A DNA stretch of 64,000 bases, taken from NCBI GenBank assembly GCA_031417915.1, contig JANOWN010000028.1, positions 26,936 to 90,935 on the forward strand, written 5' to 3'. Numbering within the stretch: position 1 is the stretch's first letter; every line of letters starts with the position of its first letter. The DNA comes from Methylotenera sp. (GTDB lineage: Bacteria; Pseudomonadota; Gammaproteobacteria; Burkholderiales; Methylophilaceae). Shown here piece by piece: positions 39,347 to 48,594 of this stretch. The position numbers were made by a program, and so were the translations under genes. The notes under the pieces are model-generated. The model was not told the origin of the DNA, made no database searches, and was given only the letters and a program-made list of their open reading frames with translations.

Positions 39347-39679
39347 CTAGCCTTGTATTACCGCAATATCTTGCGTGGCCGTTGCGCCTACATTATCGTG
39401 CCACGTCACAGATATAGTGTCGCCAACTTTTGCACCTTTTAAATAAAATGTGAGATAAGGATTTTTAGAAATCCCTGTGCCCCACTGCATTTCTAGTACG
39501 GGCTGATTATTTAAAGTCGCGGTGACTAACTGAATAAAATGCGCGGGAATCAGTTGCCCAAAATCATCTTTTTTGCGACCTGTTTCCATCGGGTGGCTGA
39601 TAATCACCTTGACTTCCGTAACACCACCAGAGGTCGTGTCACCTTTTAGCTTCGCGCGCATTTTCATGTTGCTGTCCAT
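39347..39679 (-). CDS. soxZ: Sulfur carrier complex protein SoxZ
   Basis: HPMETG, IPAHFI and WG-GISKNP motifs; ATGA overlap with soxY. Confidence 0.88.
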   Translation of the reverse strand: MDSNMKMRAKLKGDTTSGGVTEVKVIISHPMETGRKKDDFGQLIPAHFIQLVTATLNNQPVLEMQWGTGISKNPYLTFYLKGAKVGDTISVTWHDNVGATATQDIAVIQG

Positions 39680-40137
39680 CACCCACAACCGTTTTCAAGC
39701 ACAACTACATTTTTCGACGCAGTAAAATATTGGTCGCCAGCTTTTACCACTATTTTTATATCCGATGTCTCAGCCATTTTGATGCGTGTGACCAATTGCG
39801 GCAGCGCGCCGTTGCTGAACATAAAATTGCCGATGAGCGCAGTTGGATTTTTCTCAACAAACACGGCAATAGCTTCGGTATTCGGGATGCGGCTGTTAAT
39901 TTCAAGCTGCACAATCGCACCATTTTCAGCTTTATCTGGCGCGATAATTTCAATGTCTTTGCTTAAAATTTCGCCATTTATCTCCAAGCTCTTTTCTGCT
40001 TCCTCCAATTTAATCGCCTCAAAAGCGGCTTTATTCCATGCTGCAGCGATGGCTCTGAGAGGCAATAGCAGAGAGGCTCCCAGGGCTGCTCCTAACACGC
40101 CTAAAAAATCTCTACGTTTTAAATTGATGGGTCGCAT
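39679..40137 (-). CDS. soxY: Sulfur carrier protein SoxY (Tat-exported)
   Basis: RRDFL Tat motif, APDKAENGAIV, EKNP, TRIKMAETS, terminal GCG. Confidence 0.88.
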   Translation of the reverse strand: MRPINLKRRDFLGVLGAALGASLLLPLRAIAAAWNKAAFEAIKLEEAEKSLEINGEILSKDIEIIAPDKAENGAIVQLEINSRIPNTEAIAVFVEKNPTALIGNFMFSNGALPQLVTRIKMAETSDIKIVVKAGDQYFTASKNVVVLENGCG

Positions 40138-41636
40138 TAACTTAATTTTTCTTCCATTAGTTTTTCGTTTTCTTGCAGGCGACGCAGTTCTTTCAAGCGC
40201 GTCTCCACAATCGATTGTTGATAAAAATTACCATCTTTTGCTTTGGCTGCAAATTCCATCTGCTCGATAGCTCTTTTTAAATTATATTGCCGATAATAGG
40301 CTTCGCCTTGCGCTTGGAAACGCAATAAATTTTTGTTTTTTGCCGTATAAGCTTTCGCCAAAAGCGTGTAAAAATAAGCATCGTTAGGGTACAGCGCTTG
40401 TTTATCTTGCACCAATTTGATGGCTTTATCAGGCTGATTGATCGCCAAAAAATGCTCAGAGTAGCCGTATATCAACGAACGATGATTTGGAAACATCGCC
40501 AAACTTTTAGCGTATTGGCTGGCAGCGGCTTGCGGATTATTGCGCGCCACTTCTAGACGCGCAGTTAAATTCTCTATAAACGCATTTTTGGGCGCATTAG
40601 TTTTTAGCCATTTCACTTGATTTTGCGCGCCCACTAAATCGTTCTTACGCAACATCGCCAACGCCAAGCCATAGTGCTCGGCGGTTTCGTCAGCAAAACG
40701 TCTTTCTTTTAGATTATCTTGAAATTGATCTATCGCATCTTGCGCCAAGCCATTGCCCGCGCGCAATTTGGCTTTAACTAAATTAAATTCTAGACTATCG
40801 GCCACTTGCTTATAGGGCATAGTTTCGACGCGATTTGATACATCGGCAATGCGCTCAGCATTGAGCGGGTGCGTGCGCAAAAAACTAGGCGCAGCGCCAT
40901 CGCTAAAGCGCGTTCCGCGTTGTAATGTAGTAAAAAATGCGGGCATGGCACGCACATCAAAGCCCGCGTTATCTAAAATACTTAAACCTACGCGATCAGC
41001 TTCGCGCTCGTGCTCGCGCGTGTAATCTAGCTGGCGCTGCACGCCTGCAGCCGATGCTGCGGTGAGTGCGCCAGTGGCCAGCTCTGGGTTAGCACGCGCC
41101 ACCAGTAAGGCCAATGCGATGCTGCCAATATTTTTAAACATATCGGTTTTTTGCTTTGCTAACATTCTTGCCAAATGGCGCTGCGTCACGTGACCAATTT
41201 CATGCCCAAGCACACTTGCGAGTTCTGATTCGCTATTGTTTGCCAATATCAGCCCTGTGTGCACGCCAATCACGCCGCCTGGCATAGCAAAAGCATTAAT
41301 TGAATTATCGCGCACCACAAAAAAAGTAAATTTTTGCTGCTTATCTGGGCTGGCAGCCGCGAGTTTATTGCCTAGCGCTTGCAAGTAGTCGTTCACTTCA
41401 ACATCTTGCAACACTTCGTCGCTCACCGCCACTTCGCGCATAATTTGGTCACCAATATATTGCTCATCTTGCGGCGTTAGCACAGTTTGCGAAATATCGC
41501 CCAAATCGGGCAGACTAGTGTCTAAATTGGTCGGACTTTCGTAAGGCTTGCCAGTGAATGATGGCTTTGTCGCGTTTTCAGCAAATGCTAAGTTTGCGCT
41601 CAATAAACTGACGAATATGATAGTCTTTAATTTCAT
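40137..41636 (-). CDS. M48 metalloprotease with TPR repeats (BepA/YfgC-like)
   Basis: INAFAMPGG, HEIGH, EREADR and LRTHP motifs; ATG 41636. Confidence 0.92.
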   Translation of the reverse strand: MKLKTIIFVSLLSANLAFAENATKPSFTGKPYESPTNLDTSLPDLGDISQTVLTPQDEQYIGDQIMREVAVSDEVLQDVEVNDYLQALGNKLAAASPDKQQKFTFFVVRDNSINAFAMPGGVIGVHTGLILANNSESELASVLGHEIGHVTQRHLARMLAKQKTDMFKNIGSIALALLVARANPELATGALTAASAAGVQRQLDYTREHEREADRVGLSILDNAGFDVRAMPAFFTTLQRGTRFSDGAAPSFLRTHPLNAERIADVSNRVETMPYKQVADSLEFNLVKAKLRAGNGLAQDAIDQFQDNLKERRFADETAEHYGLALAMLRKNDLVGAQNQVKWLKTNAPKNAFIENLTARLEVARNNPQAAASQYAKSLAMFPNHRSLIYGYSEHFLAINQPDKAIKLVQDKQALYPNDAYFYTLLAKAYTAKNKNLLRFQAQGEAYYRQYNLKRAIEQMEFAAKAKDGNFYQQSIVETRLKELRRLQENEKLMEEKLS

Positions 41637-41698
41637 TATTGTTATGATAATGCCTTTAGGCGGCAAGTTCACGCCGAATGATAAATAGAAAGTAAGCA

Positions 41699-42181
41699 AT
41701 GAGCAAACTCACGCACTTTGATAATAGCGGCCAAGCGTATATGGTAGATGTAGGCGACAAGCTACAGACCAAGCGCAGAGCGGTTGCCAGCGGCATTATT
41801 TCCATGTTGCCAAGTACTTTAAAACTCATTTTGCAAGGTGATGCTAAGAAAGGTGATGTGCTTGGCATCGCGCGTATTGCGGCGATTCAAGCCAGTAAAA
41901 AAACGTCTGATTTAATTCCACTGTGTCATCCCATTGCGTTGACTCATGTTTCCATAACGTTTGAAGTGGATGAAAAGACGACAACCATCACCTGCACGGC
42001 CACCTGCGAAACCACAGGCCAAACCGGGGTTGAGATGGAAGCGCTGACCGCCGTGAATATTGGCTTACTGACGATTTATGATATGTGCAAGGCGGCTGAT
42101 AGAGGCATGATAATGAGCGAAATTAAATTGCTAGAAAAAACTGGTGGAAAGTCTGGCGATTGGGTCGCTGTACAAAAATAA
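41699..42181 (+). CDS. moaC: Cyclic pyranopterin monophosphate synthase
   Basis: [27 protein letters not shown] and KTGGKSG motifs. Confidence 0.97.
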   Translation: MSKLTHFDNSGQAYMVDVGDKLQTKRRAVASGIISMLPSTLKLILQGDAKKGDVLGIARIAAIQASKKTSDLIPLCHPIALTHVSITFEVDEKTTTITCTATCETTGQTGVEMEALTAVNIGLLTIYDMCKAADRGMIMSEIKLLEKTGGKSGDWVAVQK

Positions 42182-42229
42182 AACCACTCGTCGCTGATTG
42201 TTACTATCAGTTAAATTAACGAGTGGTTT
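42181..42229. terminator. Bidirectional terminator-like hairpin after moaC
   Basis: AAACCACTCGT...ACGAGTGGTTT with an inner CTGAT/ATCAG stem. Confidence 0.65.
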
Positions 42230-42293
42230 GTACTAAAAAATCATACTATCAAACTAATAGGCAACTGCTTATTAGCGCATAATACTTACGCAA

Positions 42294-42590
42294 TTAATCG
42301 TCAGTACTAGGTGTAGTACGATCGCGGTTACGACCACTCGTGGGATCATCACAACCGCGACATTGGTGCACGCCGCCATCTTCGCCTCTCACACGAGGGG
42401 CGTCGCCTGTACGATCATTACGGCCTCCGCCGCCAACCCTTACGCGATCACGGCCACTTACATGACCATCGGCATGGTCTGCACCACGCACATGACCAAC
42501 AGGATCATCCGCGCCTTGTCTTGCCATTGCCGGTGTGGAAACAATCGCTACACCAAAAGCCAACATTAAAGCTAAAAGTAATTTATTCAT
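42294..42590 (-). CDS. Small secreted low-complexity Gly/Asp/Arg/His-rich protein
   Basis: Signal peptide ending PAMA; GADD/GADH/GCDD repeats; CRGC. Confidence 0.7.
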   Translation of the reverse strand: MNKLLLALMLAFGVAIVSTPAMARQGADDPVGHVRGADHADGHVSGRDRVRVGGGGRNDRTGDAPRVRGEDGGVHQCRGCDDPTSGRNRDRTTPSTDD

Positions 42591-42621
42591 TTTAAACCCC
42601 TCTACAATTAAGTTAAATTAC

Positions 42622-42676
42622 ATAAAATGGGATATTATCCCTTTTTATGTGTGTATATTAAATGGGAATATATCCC
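42622..42676. promoter_or_regulatory. Two palindromic operator-like boxes in a divergent promoter region
   Basis: AAATGGGATATTATCCC (42625-42641) and AAATGGGAATATATCCC (42660-42676), 35 bp apart. Confidence 0.6.
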
Positions 42677-42742
42677 GTGTCAAGTATTTATTTAAAATAA
42701 TTTATGTTATGATTTATCTCAAGTAAATTTAGAAAGATTTTT

Positions 42743-43525
42743 ATGCGCTATGTAAGTGTTCTTGGTTTTCTTGGTTTAATCTGCCAAACAAGCAATGCGG
42801 CCGAGCTGGCGCAGTCAAACATCCCCGCTGACGGCCGCCTCTCCATGTCAATCGGCGCTGATTATTCTTCTGGTGATTATGGCGCAAGCGAAGATACTGA
42901 CGTATGGGCGATCCCCATGAGCCTAAAATACAGAACTGGCGCTTGGCGTTTGGGGGCTTCTACCTCTTGGTTACGCGTCACAAGCCCCAACAACGTAGAT
43001 GCAGACGGTAACTTTATTGGCAACGGTGGCAAAAAAAATACAAAGACTGGCATGGGCGATCTCCATTTATCGGCCGCTTACACCCTGCTAGATGACCGTG
43101 ATTACCTTGTCGGGCTTGATATCATCGGCAAAGTGAAAATACCTACTGCGGACGAAAATAAATTTTTAGGCACAGGCAAAACCGACTACGGATTAAACCT
43201 TGAAGTTTTTAAAACCATCCATTATTGGACGCCGTATTGGAACGTGGGTTACAAATGGAAAGGCGACCCAAGTGGCATTAATTACAAAAATGTATGGTCC
43301 ACTTCGCTTGGCATTGACTTTCAAGTGAATCGCGACTTGATTGTAGGCGCAGGTTACGATTGGCAGCAAAAAGTCACACAATTTTCACAAAATGCGCAAG
43401 AGGCTTCTGTCTATGCCAACTATCACATTAACAACACTAATAAACTTAATTTTTACTTGCTCACTGGTTATAGCGATGCCAGCCCAGATTGGGGCTCTGG
43501 TTTAGTGTTAGTGCATTATTTCTAA
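42743..43525 (+). CDS. Outer-membrane beta-barrel protein (putative porin/transporter)
   Basis: Signal peptide, amphipathic strands, GMGD and PT-DE-x2-LGTG motifs, terminal Phe. Confidence 0.75.
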   Translation: MRYVSVLGFLGLICQTSNAAELAQSNIPADGRLSMSIGADYSSGDYGASEDTDVWAIPMSLKYRTGAWRLGASTSWLRVTSPNNVDADGNFIGNGGKKNTKTGMGDLHLSAAYTLLDDRDYLVGLDIIGKVKIPTADENKFLGTGKTDYGLNLEVFKTIHYWTPYWNVGYKWKGDPSGINYKNVWSTSLGIDFQVNRDLIVGAGYDWQQKVTQFSQNAQEASVYANYHINNTNKLNFYLLTGYSDASPDWGSGLVLVHYF

Positions 43526-43542
43526 TTCACTTTTAGGAAAAT

Positions 43543-43752
43543 ATGATGATTAAATGTTTACTAATTTGCGCTTTGTGCGCCGCAACATTAACTGCCTGCG
43601 AGCAGCAAAAACAAGCTTCTGCCGAAGTTGGCGCAATACCTAAAACGATTATAGATAAAGCCACCGATGATATTAACGCTGCTGAGGCGCTAGCCGCGGA
43701 GCAAGCAAAAACACTAGAAAGTATAGAAACGCCAGCTGAGGCAGAAAAATAA
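43543..43752 (+). CDS. Small lipoprotein
   Basis: LTAC lipobox; Ala/Glu-rich. Confidence 0.7.
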   Translation: MMIKCLLICALCAATLTACEQQKQASAEVGAIPKTIIDKATDDINAAEALAAEQAKTLESIETPAEAEK

Positions 43753-43793
43753 ATTAATTTAACTATTTATAACAAAAAAACTATCAATAATTG

Positions 43794-43832
43794 ATGGCCT
43801 GCAAGCCAATATCCATGCGGCTCTCAGGGCAT
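43794..43832 (+). repeat. Intergenic AATATCCATGC-loop hairpin
   Basis: ATGGCCTGCAAGCC-AATATCCATGC-GGCTCTCAGGGCAT between convergent genes. Confidence 0.88.
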
Positions 43833-43841
43833 GTTTTTTAG

Positions 43842-44891
43842 TTATTTAGCAGAGTAAGGCAATGCATTTATCTGCGGTTTTTCACCTAACACTAGCGCCG
43901 CAACTAAAGCTGCACTAGCGGGCGCCATGGTTAAGCCGTACCTAAAATGTCCCGTATTTAAATATAAATTTTCGATGCCTGGATGCGCTGAAATAGTTGG
44001 TAAATTATCTGGCGTTCCAGGCCGCAGGCCGCTCCAGTGCTGGATGACAGGTGTATGCTTTAAGCTTGGCATAATCGCTTCCGCCTTAGCTTGCAACTCT
44101 ATCTTCACTTCCTCAGTCGTGCGCGGATCAAAACCCACATCTTCTAACGTGCTGCCTGCCAGCAGGTGACCATCGCGCCGCGGCACAAGGTAAAAGCCAT
44201 TACTATAAACAATATGCTCTAAGCTGTTTTGCGGGATTTGATACAGCAAAATCTGCCCGCGCATAGGCTTGATGTTAAGGTTTGCAGCAGTTTCTTTAAG
44301 CAACTCGAAACTCCAAGCGCCAGAAGTCAAGACAAAAGCATCTGCCCTAAGATCCCCTCCAGTATTGGTTCTCCAGCCATTTATTTTATTAATATTTGCA
44401 AGCGGTTCAAGTTGCGTATGCTCTAATAATGTTACGCCTTGTTGAATTAATGTCTGTCTAAGTGCTTGCAGCAAATGCGGTGGTCGAGCCTGTCCAATTG
44501 TAGGTAAAAACAAACCATTGCTGTTTTTAATCACTGGCAATTGATAGTTTTTGCACCAATTTATCGCGGCTTTTTCGTCAAAAGTTGGCAAAATTTGCAT
44601 GCCACTTTGTGTGTATTCTGGGTCAATTCCCGTTTCATCTAACAAGCGTTGACACAGGGCAGGGTAAAGCTTTGCACCTGCCATGGCGAGCTGATTGACT
44701 GCATCTTTGTATAGCCATGGCAGTAGCGGAAACAAAATGCCAGCGCCCGCCCATGAAGATTCGCCCGAGGTTTGCGCGGCAACCACATTGCGCTCTACCA
44801 ACGTGACGCTACAACCGCGCTCAACCAATTCCAATGCGGTTAAACAGCCCATAATGCCACCGCCAACTACAATGATTTTTTGCGTAGCCAA
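43842..44891 (-). CDS. thiO: FAD-dependent glycine oxidase (ThiO/DadA family)
   Basis: GGGIMG, SWAGAGIL, PMRGQ, WSGLRP and GHFRYG motifs. Confidence 0.8.
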   Translation of the reverse strand: MATQKIIVVGGGIMGCLTALELVERGCSVTLVERNVVAAQTSGESSWAGAGILFPLLPWLYKDAVNQLAMAGAKLYPALCQRLLDETGIDPEYTQSGMQILPTFDEKAAINWCKNYQLPVIKNSNGLFLPTIGQARPPHLLQALRQTLIQQGVTLLEHTQLEPLANINKINGWRTNTGGDLRADAFVLTSGAWSFELLKETAANLNIKPMRGQILLYQIPQNSLEHIVYSNGFYLVPRRDGHLLAGSTLEDVGFDPRTTEEVKIELQAKAEAIMPSLKHTPVIQHWSGLRPGTPDNLPTISAHPGIENLYLNTGHFRYGLTMAPASAALVAALVLGEKPQINALPYSAK

Positions 44892-44895
44892 AACC

Positions 44896-46866
44896 TTATT
44901 TACCAGAAATCAAGTAAATTTCGATCGCAATTAAAGCTTGTGGACTGCCTAGTAGCACCAGCACATCACCCGTAGTAAGCTCTATATCGCCACGCGGGGC
45001 AATGTCTTCTAGCATATTTGGGCGGCGAATTAACTGTACCTCGACTTGATATTTAGCGAAATCGATATGGTCCAAACGCAATTTTCTAGCATATGAATTA
45101 CTATCAATCTCCACCGAATGCAACCTAACTTGCTGTTCATCTGTTACGTTCGCATCGGTAACGCCACGGAAATAGCCTTTAAACATTTTGTAGCGCGCCT
45201 CGCGAAATATGCGAATGCGTTTAACCACGCGATTTAATGGCACACCAAGCAACACCAAGGCATGCGAAGCCAGCATGAGGCTACCTTCCAGCACTTCTGG
45301 CACCACTTCAGTCGCACCCGCCTCACGAAACTCATCCATGTGTGCATCATCATAAGTGCGCACAATGACTGGCAAATCGGGGTAGCTTTCTTGCGCCACA
45401 TGCAACACTTTCATCGAAGCGCGCATATCAGAATAGCTCACAATAAGTGCCTTGGCACGCGCACCTCCTGCGGCTTCCAGCACAATGCGCCGCCCTGCAT
45501 CGCCATACATCACGTGCTGCCCCGCGGTGGCAGCTTCGTGCACACGCGTTGGGTCAATATCCAGCGCAATAAAAGGAATATTTTCTTCTTTTAAAAAACG
45601 CCCTAAATATTGCCCGCTACGGCCATAACCACAAATAATGACATGATCTTTTAAATCTTTGCTCACGCCAACAAGCTCTTCCACCACTTGGCTACTATTG
45701 CGCGAGTAACTTTTCACCAATTTGCGCGCAATACGTCCATTGTATTGAATGATAAACGGCGCGATAACCATAGAAATGAGCGATGCCGCTAACACCAATT
45801 GCAGCTCGTTGCCACCAATTAATTTTTGCTCTAAACCGAGCGCCAAAATTACAAAGCTGAACTCGCCCGCTTGCGCCAAAATAATGCCCGTGCGAATGCC
45901 GACGCCAGTTTCAAAACCAAAAAAGCGTGTTAAAACTGCGATTACAACCGCTTTAAACAAAACAAATCCGACTAATAGAGCGAGCACTAAACCAATATGA
46001 TTTAGCAGGTAATTAAAATCGAGTAGCATGCCAACGCTGATAAAAAACAAGCCGAGCAGAATATCGCGGAAAGACGCAATGTCAGATTCCACTTGGTAAC
46101 GATAGCGCGTTTCGGAAATTAACATGCCCGCGATAAATGCTCCCAGCGCGTAAGACAGCCCAGCCAATTTGGTGGCTGCCGCTAATAATAGCGTGACCAT
46201 GAGCACGTTCATGACAAATAACTCGCGTGAACGCTGCCCCGCCACCAAACTAAACCAATAATTAATAATGGTTTTGCCGAATTTAAATAGCACAAATAGC
46301 AACACCGCGGATTTGACGAACGACAAACCTAGCGTAGTGCCCAAGCTGCCTGAGTGCGCGCCTAGCGCGGGAATCAGCACCAAAATAGGAATCACCGCTA
46401 AATCTTGAAACAACAAAATGCCGATGCTTAAGCGGCCGTGGCGCGAGTTGAGATCGACACGTTCAATTAAAATTTTAGACACAATGGCGGTAGAAGACAT
46501 AGTAAGTGCACCGCCAATTACAAACGCCGTCGGCAAACTTAAACCCGCCAGCCAGCCTAGCAACATGGTCACGCCCAAAGTAATGAGCACTTGCGCGCCA
46601 CCCAAGCCAAATAAAGTTTTACGCATAGCGTAAAGCTTGGGCAAGCTAAATTCTAAGCCAATACTAAACATTAAAAATACAATGCCGAACTCTGCGACGT
46701 GACGCCCAGATTCAGTGCTGGGTAATAAATTTAATGCAAATGGGCCAAATAGTACGCCCACCACGAAATAAGCCAACATGGCCGGCAAACGCATGGCACG
46801 AAATAGCGCAACCGCCAGCACCGAACTGGTTAACAGAAGTAAAACACTGGTTAAGGAGTCAAACAT
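44896..46866 (-). CDS. CPA2 family cation:proton antiporter with TrkA-N and TrkA-C domains
   Basis: FSIGLEFS, LLFQDL, QAGEFSFV and ICGYGRSG motifs. Confidence 0.9.
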   Translation of the reverse strand: MFDSLTSVLLLLTSSVLAVALFRAMRLPAMLAYFVVGVLFGPFALNLLPSTESGRHVAEFGIVFLMFSIGLEFSLPKLYAMRKTLFGLGGAQVLITLGVTMLLGWLAGLSLPTAFVIGGALTMSSTAIVSKILIERVDLNSRHGRLSIGILLFQDLAVIPILVLIPALGAHSGSLGTTLGLSFVKSAVLLFVLFKFGKTIINYWFSLVAGQRSRELFVMNVLMVTLLLAAATKLAGLSYALGAFIAGMLISETRYRYQVESDIASFRDILLGLFFISVGMLLDFNYLLNHIGLVLALLVGFVLFKAVVIAVLTRFFGFETGVGIRTGIILAQAGEFSFVILALGLEQKLIGGNELQLVLAASLISMVIAPFIIQYNGRIARKLVKSYSRNSSQVVEELVGVSKDLKDHVIICGYGRSGQYLGRFLKEENIPFIALDIDPTRVHEAATAGQHVMYGDAGRRIVLEAAGGARAKALIVSYSDMRASMKVLHVAQESYPDLPVIVRTYDDAHMDEFREAGATEVVPEVLEGSLMLASHALVLLGVPLNRVVKRIRIFREARYKMFKGYFRGVTDANVTDEQQVRLHSVEIDSNSYARKLRLDHIDFAKYQVEVQLIRRPNMLEDIAPRGDIELTTGDVLVLLGSPQALIAIEIYLISGK

Positions 46867-47012
46867 TTAGTTCGGTTTTCACTGTTCTCTTATAGAAATA
46901 ATGCTTGTTATTTGTGTGTTTAGGCAAAAATTGTGCCTACTTTTAGTATTTTACCCAAAAATAGACTTTTTTTACTTTATTACTAGTGCATTCCCTTTTA
47001 TACTTGGTGCAT

Positions 47013-48020
47013 ATGTCGCCCACATTACTACAATCAGGTCGCCCACATGCGCCAAAAGCAAGTACGCTAGAACTAGCGCGTAATGTATTGAGCATTGAAG
47101 CGCACGAAATTGAAGCCTTGGCAGCCCGCCTAGACGCCAATTTTGAAGCCGCCGTGCAGCTTATTTTACAGTGCCAAGGCCGCGTTGTGGTGAGCGGCAT
47201 GGGTAAATCTGGCCATGTCGGTGGCAAAATCGCCGCAACACTTGCCAGCACAGGCACACCCGCCTTTTTTATGCACCCCGCCGAGGCCAGCCACGGCGAC
47301 CTTGGCATGATTACCGCAGGCGATGTAGTGATTGCGCTTTCTAACTCTGGCGAGAGCGATGAGCTACTCAATATTGTGCCCACCATTAAACGTCTGGGCG
47401 CAAAAATTATTAGCATTACTGGCGCTAAAAACTCCACTTTGGCCAAAGAATCGCACGTGCATTTAAGCGCTGAAGTATCGCAAGAGGCTTGCCCGTTGGG
47501 TCTATCGCCGACGGCCAGTACAACGGCTGCACTGGCGCTGGGCGATGCACTGGCCGTGTGTGTGTTAGATTTACGTGAATTTTCTGCCGAAGATTTTGCA
47601 CGCTCACATCCTGGCGGCAACATTGGCAGACGCTTGATTGTGCGCGTAAAAGACGTAATGCGCACAGGCAACGCTATCCCTCAAGTGAAAGATGGTGAAC
47701 TATTATCTGTTGCATTAACCGAAATGACTAAAAAAGGCTTAGGCCTGACAGCTATTGTTAATGCGGCTAAGCAGCCCATTGGTATTTTTACCGATGGTGA
47801 TTTACGCCGCACTTTTGCCAAAGGCATTTACACCAACAGCGCCAAAATTGCCGATGTGATGCACGCTAATCCTAGTACGATTAATGCCAATCAACTGGCG
47901 GTTGAGGCGGTTGAGATGATGGAACAGAAAAAAATTAATGGTTTGTTGGTGATTGACGATACCGGCAAGCTAGTGGGCGCATTTAATATGCACGATTTAC
48001 TGAAAGCGAAAATTCTTTAA
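47013..48020 (+). CDS. kdsD: Arabinose-5-phosphate isomerase (SIS plus CBS domains)
   Basis: GMGKSGH, HPAEASHGDLG, PTASTT, HPGG and TDGDLRR motifs. Confidence 0.93.
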   Translation: MSPTLLQSGRPHAPKASTLELARNVLSIEAHEIEALAARLDANFEAAVQLILQCQGRVVVSGMGKSGHVGGKIAATLASTGTPAFFMHPAEASHGDLGMITAGDVVIALSNSGESDELLNIVPTIKRLGAKIISITGAKNSTLAKESHVHLSAEVSQEACPLGLSPTASTTAALALGDALAVCVLDLREFSAEDFARSHPGGNIGRRLIVRVKDVMRTGNAIPQVKDGELLSVALTEMTKKGLGLTAIVNAAKQPIGIFTDGDLRRTFAKGIYTNSAKIADVMHANPSTINANQLAVEAVEMMEQKKINGLLVIDDTGKLVGAFNMHDLLKAKIL

Positions 48021-48568
48021 TGGATACCAATAGCACAACAATTTCTGAAGATGTTTTAGCGCGCGCAAAAAAAATTAAATGTGTGATTTTTGATGTGGAT
48101 GGCGTGATGACCGACGGCGCGCTTGGCATTGGTGACGATGGACAAGAATACAAAAATTTTCATAGCTTAGATGGCCTAGGAATGAAGCTACTTAAGGCTT
48201 CTGGCGTGCACATGGCGATTATTACTGGGCGCACTTCAAATGTGGTCAAAAAACGTGCTGAAACCACGGGTATCGCGCATTTTTATCAAGGTGTAGAAGA
48301 TAAACTGGAAGCTTTTAACGATTTGCTGCAAAAAATGCATTTGCAGGCAGATGAAGTGGCTTTTATGGGCGATGACGTCGTGGATGCACCTGCCATGCGG
48401 CGCTGTGGCCTAGCATTGACGGTGCCTACAGGCCACCGTTTATTAAAACCGCATGCACACTATATTACCGAGGCCAGCGCTGGGCGTGGCGCTGTACGCG
48501 AAATCTGCGAGCTGATTATGCAAGCGCAAGGTACATTTGATGCGCAAATGGCACAATTTTTTAAGTGA
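48020..48568 (+). CDS. kdsC: KDO-8-phosphate phosphatase
   Basis: FDVDGVMTDG, IITGR, MGDDVVD and GRGAVRE motifs. Confidence 0.93.
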   Translation: MDTNSTTISEDVLARAKKIKCVIFDVDGVMTDGALGIGDDGQEYKNFHSLDGLGMKLLKASGVHMAIITGRTSNVVKKRAETTGIAHFYQGVEDKLEAFNDLLQKMHLQADEVAFMGDDVVDAPAMRRCGLALTVPTGHRLLKPHAHYITEASAGRGAVREICELIMQAQGTFDAQMAQFFK

Positions 48569-48594
48569 ACTTATTAAGTGAAACCCAGTGAGCC

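Noticed and set aside
42041-42070. Weak minus-strand motif-like match in moaC; similar weak matches at about 1851, 17796, 29511 and 31386
   Set aside because: They need gaps or 4 or more mismatches and overlap conserved peptides; not separable from background without a statistical model.
46943-47671. 242-aa antisense ORF over kdsD, 227-aa antisense ORF at 61254-61937 and the many other short shadow ORFs
   Set aside because: They lie opposite well-supported genes, are Ser/Ala-rich as expected for antisense frames, and have no recognisable motifs.
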